A program made the position numbers and the translations under genes. Positions 1 through 7,544 of a stretch of DNA of 32,000 bases are shown in pieces. The notes beneath the pieces were generated by a model. That model saw only the letters and a list, made by a program, of their open reading frames with translations. It was not told the DNA's origin and made no database searches. This DNA comes from Ilumatobacteraceae bacterium (GTDB lineage Bacteria; Actinomycetota; Acidimicrobiia; Acidimicrobiales; Ilumatobacteraceae): contig CAVOHA010000007.1 in assembly GCA_963695475.1 (NCBI GenBank), forward strand, positions 426,549 to 458,548, written 5' to 3'. Every line of letters begins with the position of its first letter. Positions within the stretch are counted from its first letter, which is position 1.

Positions 1-1156
1 TCGGACCGATCCGCTGACCGAGGAGGACCCGGGAAGGATCCTGCACGAGGTGCGTTTCGACCGGTTGAGTGCGCGCCTGCTCGGCGGGTCGGGCCGCTAC
101 TACGGCTCCGTCGATGCCACGCCGTTGTTCGTCATGCTCGTGGCGGAGTTGACCCGGTGGACCGGTGCGAGCGAGCGCACCGCGCGGTTCCTCCCTGCGG
201 TCGATCGCGCACTCGACTGGGCCGAGCGCACGGGGGATCTCGACGGCGACGGATTCATCGAGTACCTGCGGCGTGACGAGAGCGGTCTCGAGCATCAGGG
301 CTGGAAGGATTCATGGGACGCGATCCGTCACCGCGACGGACGAGTCGCAACTCCCCCGATCGCGCTGTGCGAGGTCCAGGCGTACCACTACGCCGCGCTG
401 CGTGGGCGCGCCGAACTCGCCCGTGCGCACGGGGAACGTGACGAGGTCGTCCGGACGTTCGAGGAGCGCGCAACGGCGCTTCGCGAGCGATTCGACGACG
501 CGTTCTGGATGGATGACCTCGGGTGGTACGCCGTGGGCCTCGACGATCGCAAGCGACCGATCCGGTCCTTGACGTCGAACATCGGCCATCTGCTCTGGAC
601 CGGCATCGTCCCCGAGGCGCGCGCCCTGCGTCTCGCCGAGTTGCTCGCCGGCGACGACCTCTTCAGTGGGTGGGGCGTGCGCACCCTGGCGGCGTCGGCC
701 GCCGGGTTCAATCCGCTCTCGTACCACTGCGGTTCGGTGTGGCCCCACGACACGGCAATCGCGATCGCCGGGCTCGCGCGGTACGGCTGTGACGACGCGG
801 CCCAGCGGGTCGGCCGCGGGCTGCTGGAGACGGCAGCGTTCTCGGGTGGTCGCCTCCCCGAGCTGTTCGCGGGGTTCGACCGCTCGGACGTCGCGGTCCC
901 GGTGCCGTATCCGGCGTCGTGCTCACCGCAGGCCTGGGCGGCGGGCGCACCACTGCTCGTGGTGCGGGCGTTGCTCGGGCTCGAACCCGACGTTCCCCGC
1001 AGGCGGTTGACGCTGCGACCACGGATACCCGACGACTTCGGCAAGCTGTCGCTGCTCGACCTCCCGTTGGGGGACGCCGTCGTCGACATCGAAGCCGCAG
1101 GCAGCCAGGCGTCGGTCGACGTGAAGCAGGGCGTCCTCGACGTCGTCGTGCTCTGA
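1..1156 (+). CDS. Glycogen debranching enzyme-like protein (amylo-alpha-1,6-glucosidase / GDE_C family), 5' end outside the window
   Basis: The frame-2 ORF stays open to position 2, translating as RTDPLTEEDPGRILHEVRFD. It carries the GRILHE, GWKDSWD and YHCGSVWPHD motifs typical of bacterial GDE_C (alpha/alpha)6-barrel glucosidases. Stop at 1154-1156. Confidence 0.75.
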   Translation, partial: RTDPLTEEDPGRILHEVRFDRLSARLLGGSGRYYGSVDATPLFVMLVAELTRWTGASERTARFLPAVDRALDWAERTGDLDGDGFIEYLRRDESGLEHQGWKDSWDAIRHRDGRVATPPIALCEVQAYHYAALRGRAELARAHGERDEVVRTFEERATALRERFDDAFWMDDLGWYAVGLDDRKRPIRSLTSNIGHLLWTGIVPEARALRLAELLAGDDLFSGWGVRTLAASAAGFNPLSYHCGSVWPHDTAIAIAGLARYGCDDAAQRVGRGLLETAAFSGGRLPELFAGFDRSDVAVPVPYPASCSPQAWAAGAPLLVVRALLGLEPDVPRRRLTLRPRIPDDFGKLSLLDLPLGDAVVDIEAAGSQASVDVKQGVLDVVVL

Positions 1157-1166
1157 TCCGGACCGA

Positions 1167-1574
1167 TCAGACCAGGTAGGCGGTCAGGAGGTCGCGCATC
1201 GAGACGACCCCGAGCAGGCCGCCGTCGTCGGTCCCGACCAGCACGTGACGGAGGTAGTTCTCGAGCATCTCCTCGGCGACGTCATCGACCGTCGAGTCGG
1301 CGGTGGCCCACTTGAGATCTTCGGCTTCGATCGTCTCGACCGCGGTCGCGTCGAGGTCCAGCCCGAGTGCGACCGCGCCGACGATGTCACGCTCGGAGAC
1401 GACGCCGTAGATCTGTGTGTCGTCGGCGACCACCGCGAGGCTCACGTCGGTGGTGCGCAGCGCCTCGGCCACCTGTCGCAGCGAGGTGCCCGGTGCAATA
1501 CGCGTCGTCTCCTCGGAGACGAATCCGACGACGGCTCGTCGCCCGCCGATCGCTCCCACGTCGTCGTCGCCCAT
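1167..1574 (-). CDS. CBS domain-pair protein (about 135 aa)
   Basis: The C-terminal part of ORF 1167..1871 shows two CBS repeats (GVVSERDIVGAV and GVVSMRDLLTAYL). The ATG at 1574-1572 starts MGDDDV. The upstream part of the ORF is Arg/Pro-rich and looks non-coding. An alternative GTG start lies at 1601. Confidence 0.75.
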   Translation of the reverse strand: MGDDDVGAIGGRRAVVGFVSEETTRIAPGTSLRQVAEALRTTDVSLAVVADDTQIYGVVSERDIVGAVALGLDLDATAVETIEAEDLKWATADSTVDDVAEEMLENYLRHVLVGTDDGGLLGVVSMRDLLTAYLV

Positions 1575-1744
1575 CTCGAAAACCTCGTCGTCGCTGTTCA
1601 CGCCCCCAGACTTCCACTCAACGCGCGCAATGTCGAAGGGGAAAAGGTCCCGAGTCGCGTCGGGAGGGCCGTCGCGAAGTCGGGACCTGGGACCCTGGGG
1701 CGACGGCGATCGCGTGATCAGGATGACGAGCAGGAGGATCGGCG

Positions 1745-2656
1745 ATGTCGATGCGCGAACTCGTGATACTCGGCACGGCGGGTCTGGCGCCGACCGAGCA
1801 ACGCAACCACAACGGCTACCTGCTCCGATGGGACGGACAGGGCGTGCTCTTCGACCCGGGTGAAGGCACACAGCGACAATTCGCCAGAGCCGGCGTGTCT
1901 CCTGCCGCTGTCTCGCGGATCTGCATCAGCCACTTCCACGGCGACCACTGCCTCGGGCTCCCGGGCATGATCATGCGCCTCGCGATCGACGAAGGACACC
2001 TGCCCGTCCCGATCCACTACCCGGCCAGTGGTGAGGCGTTCTTCCAACGTCTCCGATTCGCGACTTCGGGTCAGGAGCTCGTTCCGGTCGACGCTCGCCC
2101 GATCGCCGAGCCCGGGATCATCCATCAGGACGAGGTGTTCACCCTCCGTTGCCGGCGGCTGGCGCACAGCATCGAGACGATGGGGTACCGACTCGAAGAA
2201 CCCGACGGGCGGCGGTTCGTGCCGGAACGGCTGGAGGCGCTCGGCATCGAGGGAGCCGCCAGGGGGCGACTCCGGTCCGATGGGTCGATCGTCCACCGCG
2301 GTCGTCGTATCGACCTGGAGGAGGTGACCGACCATCGACCCGGTCAAGCGGTCGCGATCATCATGGACACCGGGTGGTGCGACGCGGCGCTGGAACTCGC
2401 CGCCGGCGCAGACCTGGTCGTGTGCGAGTCGACGTTCCTGTCGAGCGACGAACAGCTCGCCGCCGAGTACGGGCACATGACGGCACGTCAGGCCGGGCGC
2501 CTGGCCCGGGAGGCGGGCGCACGTCGCCTGGTGCTCACGCACTTCTCGCGGCGCTACGACGACCCCGATGCGTTCGCCCGTGAGGCGCGGTGCGAGTTCG
2601 ACGACGTGGTCGTTGCCGACGACTTCGACCGCATCGCCGTGCCGGTCCGGCGTTGA
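1745..2656 (+). CDS. rnz: Ribonuclease Z (metallo-beta-lactamase fold tRNA 3' endonuclease)
   Basis: N-terminus LVILGTAGLAPTEQRNHNGYLL, an HxHxDH motif (SHFHGDHCLG) and C-terminal LVLTHFS. About 300 aa, as expected for short-form RNase Z. AGGAGGA Shine-Dalgarno 7 nt upstream of the ATG at 1745. Confidence 0.75.
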   Translation: MSMRELVILGTAGLAPTEQRNHNGYLLRWDGQGVLFDPGEGTQRQFARAGVSPAAVSRICISHFHGDHCLGLPGMIMRLAIDEGHLPVPIHYPASGEAFFQRLRFATSGQELVPVDARPIAEPGIIHQDEVFTLRCRRLAHSIETMGYRLEEPDGRRFVPERLEALGIEGAARGRLRSDGSIVHRGRRIDLEEVTDHRPGQAVAIIMDTGWCDAALELAAGADLVVCESTFLSSDEQLAAEYGHMTARQAGRLAREAGARRLVLTHFSRRYDDPDAFAREARCEFDDVVVADDFDRIAVPVRR

Positions 2657-2659
2657 CCG

Positions 2660-2704
2660 TCACGACGTCACGCAATCTCACGCAACTCACGCAACGTCAC
2701 GCGA
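2660..2704. repeat. Five direct copies of TCACG(C/A)(A/G/C)A at 8-10 bp spacing
   Basis: The TCACG cores begin at 2660, 2668, 2678, 2687 and 2697. Three copies are exactly TCACGCAA. The array lies between the convergent stops of rnz (2654-2656) and the GT4 gene (2697-2699), and the last copy overlaps the GT4 stop. Confidence 0.5.
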
Positions 2705-3758
2705 CGTCGTCGTGCAGCACCGGCCCGGCGTGGCACCACCGCCGATAGAAGCGGGAGTAGTCCGCGGCCATCCGGTCGGAGGAGAAGCGGTCGACCACCG
2801 CCTGTCGACACGCGTGCCGGCTGATGCGCTCGACCCGGTCGAGGCCGTCGACGAGCGATGCGACGTCGTCCGCGAGGAAACCGGTCACGCCGTGGTCGAC
2901 GATTTCGGACGCGGCACCGAGTGATCCGCCCACCACGGGCGTCCCGCACGCCAGCGATTCGGTCATCACGAGCCCGAACGGCTCGGGCCAACGGATCGGG
3001 TTCACGAGTGCGGCGGCGCTCGTGAGCAATCGGATCTTCTCGTCGAAGTCCGCTTCGCCCACGAAGGTGGCGTCCCGACCGAGGCGCGGCTCGATGGCCC
3101 GGTGGAAGTATTCGATCTCACCTGGCTCGCGCAGCTTGGCGGCGATGAGCAGGGGGCGCCCAGCGCGACGTGCGACGTCGATGGCGTCCTCGACGCCCTT
3201 GTCGGGCGACATCCGCCCGAGGAACAGCACGTGCTCGCCGGGTTCGTCCGAGAACGGATATCGCTCGAGCTCGATGCCGTGATGGATCACGTCGGCGACG
3301 CGGATCGTGGACGGCGCCCGGTGGGCCTGGTCGTGCGAGATCGCGACGATCGGTATCTGGTCGCTCACCCGTGCGTACAGATCGCTCAGGCCCTCGTCGA
3401 ACGGCCCGTGCATCGTGGTCACGATCGGGACGCGACTGCGGGCGGGTCCGACGAACATGCCCGCCACGGTGTGGTCGTGGATGATGTCGACATCGGTGAG
3501 CGCGTCGTACGCGGCGAGGGTGTGGCGGAATTCCTCGACGGCCGCGCCCATCCGGTCGGGGTTCATCGCGTCGAACAGCCAGCGGCGCTCCACCGGGGTC
3601 GTCGAGGTCCCGAGCGTGAACAGGACGACCTCGTGGCCGAGCCTCCGCAAGCCCAGGCACAACGCATCGATCATCAGCTCGGTGCCTCCGTAGCCCGGCG
3701 GGGGCACGGGCAGCCATGGCGGAGCCACGACACCGACTCGCAGTGATGGCGTGTTCAT
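2697..3758 (-). CDS. Glycosyltransferase family 4 (GT-B, group 1)
   Basis: The start MNTPSLRVGVVAPPWLPVPPPGYGGTELMIDAL is a typical GT4 N-terminus. The C-terminal half has the EPFGLVMTESLACGTPVV (EX7E-type) motif. GGAGAGAGGAG Shine-Dalgarno immediately upstream of the ATG at 3758. The remaining 5' part of the 601-aa ORF is Arg/Ser-rich junk. Confidence 0.8.
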   Translation of the reverse strand: MNTPSLRVGVVAPPWLPVPPPGYGGTELMIDALCLGLRRLGHEVVLFTLGTSTTPVERRWLFDAMNPDRMGAAVEEFRHTLAAYDALTDVDIIHDHTVAGMFVGPARSRVPIVTTMHGPFDEGLSDLYARVSDQIPIVAISHDQAHRAPSTIRVADVIHHGIELERYPFSDEPGEHVLFLGRMSPDKGVEDAIDVARRAGRPLLIAAKLREPGEIEYFHRAIEPRLGRDATFVGEADFDEKIRLLTSAAALVNPIRWPEPFGLVMTESLACGTPVVGGSLGAASEIVDHGVTGFLADDVASLVDGLDRVERISRHACRQAVVDRFSSDRMAADYSRFYRRWCHAGPVLHDDVA

Positions 3759-3951
3759 GATGCTCTCCTCTCTCCGCCGCGGATCGAGTGGCTTCGGACC
3801 CCATGGTTCTCGTCGGAGACGGTGGTCACCATGGTCATTGGTCCCTTGTTCGGGGTCGTCGGACCCTGGTGCACCGGATGTCGCGGGGAGGACGATGACC
3901 GTGCGGCGGTTTCGCCGCCGCATCAGCACGATCGACACAGAGGAGGAGACG

Positions 3952-4245
3952 ATGAGTACGAATGCCGTGAGGGACGCCTGGCTGGACGTCGGCGACGAAC
4001 TCGAAGCGGTTGCGTTGAAGCTGAAACTGCACCTCGAGCAGGAGCGCTCCGAGAGTGACGACTTCGAGGAGCTGCTGGAGCGGCTGGCGGAGCGCATCGA
4101 CGACGCCTTCGACGCCGCCGGGAACGCGGCAGCCGACCAGGCGGTGCGTGACGATCTTCGAGAGACCGGGCGCCGGCTCGTCGATGCCATGGGCACGACG
4201 GTGCGCGAGGCCATGCGGGCGGTCCGGTCGATGACCGGCACGTGA
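3952..4245 (+). CDS. Hypothetical small acidic, predicted all-helical protein (97 aa)
   Basis: AGGAGGAG Shine-Dalgarno at 3941-3948, then ATG at 3952 (MSTNAVRDAWLDVGDELEAV...). Coding-like composition. The gene ends 19 nt before the downstream USP start, so the two are likely co-transcribed. I recognise no family. Confidence 0.45.
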   Translation: MSTNAVRDAWLDVGDELEAVALKLKLHLEQERSESDDFEELLERLAERIDDAFDAAGNAAADQAVRDDLRETGRRLVDAMGTTVREAMRAVRSMTGT

Positions 4246-4264
4246 CGCCGGTGGGAGGAGCGAA

Positions 4265-5161
4265 ATGAGAAACATGGTGGTCGGTGTCGACGGGTCGGAG
4301 TCCGCGCTGGCGGCGCTCGACTGGGCCGCGGAAACGGTCGGGAGCGCCGGTCGGATCCACGCGGTCGTCGGTCTGAACCCCTGGACTCGCTACGTCGCCG
4401 ACGCCGTCGGTGGACACGAGGTGTCGTTTCGGGAGGTGCTCGAACGCGATCTCGTCGACCGCTGGACGGCCGAGACCGGATTCCGTGTGGGTGAGCTTGC
4501 AACCACCGTCAGCGACTCGACGGCTGCCAAGGCACTCGACGAGATCGCCACCGATGATCGCGCCGACGCGATCGTCGTCGGAGCACACACGTCGATCGTG
4601 GGCGCACCCGCCCGGGTCGGGCGCACGATCAACCACCTGATCCGCACCACCGACCATCCCGTCGTCGTCGTCCCCGGGCGACCACCGCTCGGTGTGGACG
4701 ACGGCGTCGTGGTGGTCGGCATCGGGCACGGCAACGCCACGCGTGCAGCGGTTCGGTGGGCGGCACATCTCGCACGCGAGCGCAGCCTCACCGTCGAGCT
4801 GTTGCACGCGACCGGCGACGCACCCGTGTTCCAGGCCGACGGAGTGCTCGAACTCGTTCGCTACGAGGTCGGGCGAGAGGATCCGGACGAATTCGAGCGC
4901 GGGTCGATCGAGCACTTCGCGGAGCTGATGCAGACGCTCGCCGGCCCCGAGCTCGATCTGGTCGTGTCGACCCCGCCGGGCCTTCCCGCACTGCGCCTCG
5001 ACGAGGCCAGTGAACGGTCGTCCCTGCTCGTGCTCGGTCGGCATCGCTCGGTGTGGGACCGGGGGCACCACACCGCACAGCCGCTCCGTCATGCGTTGAC
5101 GCACGCCCGCTGTCCCGTGGTGGTGATCGCCGATCACCCGGATTGGCTGACCGACGACTGA
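4265..5161 (+). CDS. Universal stress protein, tandem UspA domains
   Basis: N-terminus MVVGVDGSESALAALDWAA. The first domain ends in DAIVVGAHTS...HPVVVVP. The second domain runs VVVGIGHGNATRAAVRWAA ... LLVLGRHRS...CPVVVI. GGGAGGAG Shine-Dalgarno upstream. Confidence 0.8.
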   Translation: MRNMVVGVDGSESALAALDWAAETVGSAGRIHAVVGLNPWTRYVADAVGGHEVSFREVLERDLVDRWTAETGFRVGELATTVSDSTAAKALDEIATDDRADAIVVGAHTSIVGAPARVGRTINHLIRTTDHPVVVVPGRPPLGVDDGVVVVGIGHGNATRAAVRWAAHLARERSLTVELLHATGDAPVFQADGVLELVRYEVGREDPDEFERGSIEHFAELMQTLAGPELDLVVSTPPGLPALRLDEASERSSLLVLGRHRSVWDRGHHTAQPLRHALTHARCPVVVIADHPDWLTDD

Positions 5162-6597
5162 GCGACGCGCGGAGTCGCGCGCTCACCGAGCCGGATCACG
5201 GGGATGTCCCAGCGGCGGGCGAGTTCGACCAGGACGTCGTCGTGGTCGCCGTAGACCACGCCGAGATGGTGCTCGACACCCGCACCGAAGATCGTGGCCG
5301 CCACGTCGCGGACGGGCCGATCCCAGTGGATCGTGCCGCACGTCCCGCGGTACGCGCGCGGCCGATCGAGCATCTCGCCGCCGGCGATCACGAGACCGAG
5401 TCGCCCCGAACACTGCGAAATGCGAGCGACGGTCACTCGACCGGGCTTGAGCGCGAATTCGTTGACCAGCGCCACTCGTCGATTCGGGTGCACCGTGCCG
5501 CGCACCGAGTCATCGGGGTGCGCCAGTCGCGACGACGCCACGCCGCAGTGCCACAGCACCGACGTGTCGTCGGACTCGTCGACGTCGACGAGATCCGCGA
5601 TGAACGGATCGGCCCCGGCCACGAGCTGCAGCACGAGTGCCGTGATCGAGCCGAGGACGTCGGCTTCGCAGACACCCGGCACACGATCCTCGGTCAGCAT
5701 GGCGTGCGGCGTGCAGGCGGCGCCGCCGAACCGGTCCATGCACTCGGGCCAGCAGCGCGTCGCGACTGCGGCCAGCCCGCGACCGTCGACGAAGTGGCGC
5801 ATCCCGCAGTACAGACGGGCGCTCGGCTCGAGATCGTCTCGGGTCAGTCCGGCGTCGAGCGACAGCGTGGACGAGACGCGCCCGAGCACGTGGTCGACGT
5901 CGATGCGTTCGGCGTCGGTCGCCCGATCGAACAGGTCGTCGAGCATCAGCCGGTCGACCTGCACCCCGAACATCCACTCGATGAGGTGGTCGTTCCCCTC
6001 ACACGGTTCGAAACCCGTCGGTGGCTCGCCGATGATCCCCACCCGGCTGCGATGCAGTCGCTCGATCACGCGGTCGGCCGCCCGGGCGACGTGCGGATCG
6101 AACACGGCGGGACGCGCCGCGATCGTGGCCGCCCGCACGCTCGGTGATGCGCAGGCGTCGGCGATCGCCTGCGCGACGCGCTCGCCGCTGTCGGGTTGTG
6201 CCGGGTCGACGTGGACGAACGCGCATCGGTGGCGTCGCCGACGCAGCGAGTAGGCCGCGAGGTTCGCGCCACACAGCGAGTTCAACCGCAGGCGTTCGCC
6301 GTGCCGGGCCTCGGGAAACGACCAGACGACGATCGGTACGTCCGAGGCGTCGGCGATCGAGATCACCGTCGAGGCATCGGTGAAGGTCGCTTGGAGGACG
6401 ATCACGGCGTCGACTCGCTGATCGACCGCTGACCCGACGGCCGTGGCCATCGAGACGGCATCGGTGCAGACATCGCCCTCGCCGACCATCGTGACGCCGA
6501 TGCCGGCCAACACCTGTCGGGCAGCCGACGCCAGCACGGTGCCGAGCGGTACGTCGAAGGTGGGGCGACCGAGGGTCAACACCGCTGCGGTCGTCAT
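5134..6597 (-). CDS. L-fucose / L-arabinose isomerase-like family protein
   Basis: From MTTAAVLTLGRPTFDV (ATG 6597-6595). It has an N-terminal Rossmann-like segment, LNSLCGANL, WHCGVAS and a C-terminal HHLGVVYGDH, as in FucI/AraA-like sugar isomerases. The upstream 112 codons of the ORF look non-coding. An alternative ATG lies at 6615. The 3' end overlaps the convergent USP gene by 28 nt. Confidence 0.55.
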   Translation of the reverse strand: MTTAAVLTLGRPTFDVPLGTVLASAARQVLAGIGVTMVGEGDVCTDAVSMATAVGSAVDQRVDAVIVLQATFTDASTVISIADASDVPIVVWSFPEARHGERLRLNSLCGANLAAYSLRRRRHRCAFVHVDPAQPDSGERVAQAIADACASPSVRAATIAARPAVFDPHVARAADRVIERLHRSRVGIIGEPPTGFEPCEGNDHLIEWMFGVQVDRLMLDDLFDRATDAERIDVDHVLGRVSSTLSLDAGLTRDDLEPSARLYCGMRHFVDGRGLAAVATRCWPECMDRFGGAACTPHAMLTEDRVPGVCEADVLGSITALVLQLVAGADPFIADLVDVDESDDTSVLWHCGVASSRLAHPDDSVRGTVHPNRRVALVNEFALKPGRVTVARISQCSGRLGLVIAGGEMLDRPRAYRGTCGTIHWDRPVRDVAATIFGAGVEHHLGVVYGDHDDVLVELARRWDIPVIRLGERATPRVAQSSVSQSG

Positions 6598-6795
6598 CGC
6601 GCCGCCATCCAGCATCGAACGTCGTCCACATCTCCACGATGGGCGCATGCGGCCTGCGTCGACAGTGCCGAAAGCCCCACCGGAGTGCATGTGACCGAGG
6701 ACCCTGGGCGAGCACGCGGTGGCGGTGAACCATGGATGTTCTCGACGAGCGAGACGCCGTCTTGCTGCCGACACGACTGGTGAAAGGACTGCATC

Positions 6796-7008
6796 ATGAA
6801 GGCGCACACGGGTGACACACTCGTCATTTCGGGCCACGAGGTCGGCCGCCCCAAGCGAGTCGGCAGGATCGAGGAGGTCCGTGGCGACGACGGTGGGCCT
6901 CCCTACCGCGTGCGGTGGCGCGAGGACGACCACGTCACGCTGCTGTTCCCCGGCCCCGACTGCACGATCGAACCGATGGGTTCCGACGACGAGAAGGGAG
7001 CGGAGTGA
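6796..7008 (+). CDS. DUF1918 domain protein (70 aa)
   Basis: MKAHTGDTLVISGHEVGRPKRVGRIEEVRGDDGGPPYRVRWREDDHVTLLFPGPD matches the characteristic DUF1918 pattern (GD.L...G......R.G.I.EVRG.DG.PPY.VRW). GAAAGGA Shine-Dalgarno upstream. Confidence 0.7.
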   Translation: MKAHTGDTLVISGHEVGRPKRVGRIEEVRGDDGGPPYRVRWREDDHVTLLFPGPDCTIEPMGSDDEKGAE

Positions 7009-7466
7009 TGAAGGTCAGTGACTTCACCTGGCGCGACCCGGTGACGATCTCAGTGTCCGACACGATCCAGGCCGCGGCGCAGTTGCTCGCCGACGCCGGT
7101 GTCGGTTCGTTGGTCGTGGTGGACGGCGATCGCCCGGTGGGCGTCGTCACCGATCGGGACCTGGTGGTCCGGGCGATGGCGCGGGGCCTCGGGCCCGACG
7201 GCCGGGTCGACGGCGTCATGTCGATGGGCGTCGTCGCACTGGATGCCGACGACGACGTCGAGGAGCTGTACGCCGTGTTCGGTCGTCATGCGATCCGGCG
7301 GGTTCCGGTCGTCGACCGCGACCGAGTGGTCGGCGTGATCAGCCTCGACGACGCGCTCGTCTCGACCGCGAGCCAGCTGGCGGTGCTGTCCGGCGTGCTC
7401 TCCACCCAGATCGACTACCCGCACGTCCGGGACGAAGCCGAGCCCCCGGCGGTGATCCCCTCCTGA
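7008..7466 (+). CDS. CBS domain-pair protein (152 aa)
   Basis: The ATG at 7008 overlaps the DUF1918 TGA (TGATG). Two CBS repeats are present (GVVTDRDLVVRAM and GVISLDDALV). Confidence 0.8.
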   Translation: MKVSDFTWRDPVTISVSDTIQAAAQLLADAGVGSLVVVDGDRPVGVVTDRDLVVRAMARGLGPDGRVDGVMSMGVVALDADDDVEELYAVFGRHAIRRVPVVDRDRVVGVISLDDALVSTASQLAVLSGVLSTQIDYPHVRDEAEPPAVIPS

Positions 7467-7481
7467 CCGCGCGGTCCTTGG

Positions 7482-7506
7482 CCTCTGGCGCTGCACGGCG
7501 CAGAGG
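7482..7506 (+). terminator. GC-rich hairpin downstream of the CBS gene (possible terminator or attenuator before ppsA)
   Basis: CCTCTGGCG (7482-7490), loop CTGCACGG, then CGCAGAGG (7499-7506). This gives an 8-bp stem with one bulged G and no U-tract. Confidence 0.25.
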
Positions 7507-7544
7507 TCGACGATGGGAGTTGGGCCTCACGAAAGGATCCGGTC

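Noticed and set aside
1154-1169. TGATCcggaccGATCA palindrome-like sequence joining the convergent GDE and CBS stops as a terminator
   Set aside because: Only the 5-bp arms (TGATC/GATCA) pair, and these are the stop codons themselves. That is too weak to call a hairpin.
1635-1654. DosR/DevR-like boxes (GGGAC..GTCCC half-sites) at 1635-1654 (gaaGGGGAaaaGGTCCCgag) and 16052-16065 (GGGACattcgGCCC)
   Set aside because: Only about 11-12 of 20 positions match the mycobacterial consensus TTSGGGACTWWAGTCCCSAA, and usually only one half-site is intact. GGGAC/GTCCC pentamers are common at this GC content. This cannot be called without a genome-wide model for this organism.
2660-2704. The TCACGCAA repeat array as a CRISPR array
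   Set aside because: The repeat units are only 8-10 bp with essentially no spacers, the total length is 45 bp, and there are no cas genes.
2697-4502. Long N-terminal extensions of real genes (601-aa ORF for the GT4 gene; 599 aa for 5134..6933; 716 aa for 28829..30979; 368 aa for 28119..29225; 234 aa for 1167..1871)
   Set aside because: The extensions are Arg/Ser/Pro-rich and overlap well-supported genes on the other strand. Internal ATGs preceded by good Shine-Dalgarno sequences give proteins of canonical family length.
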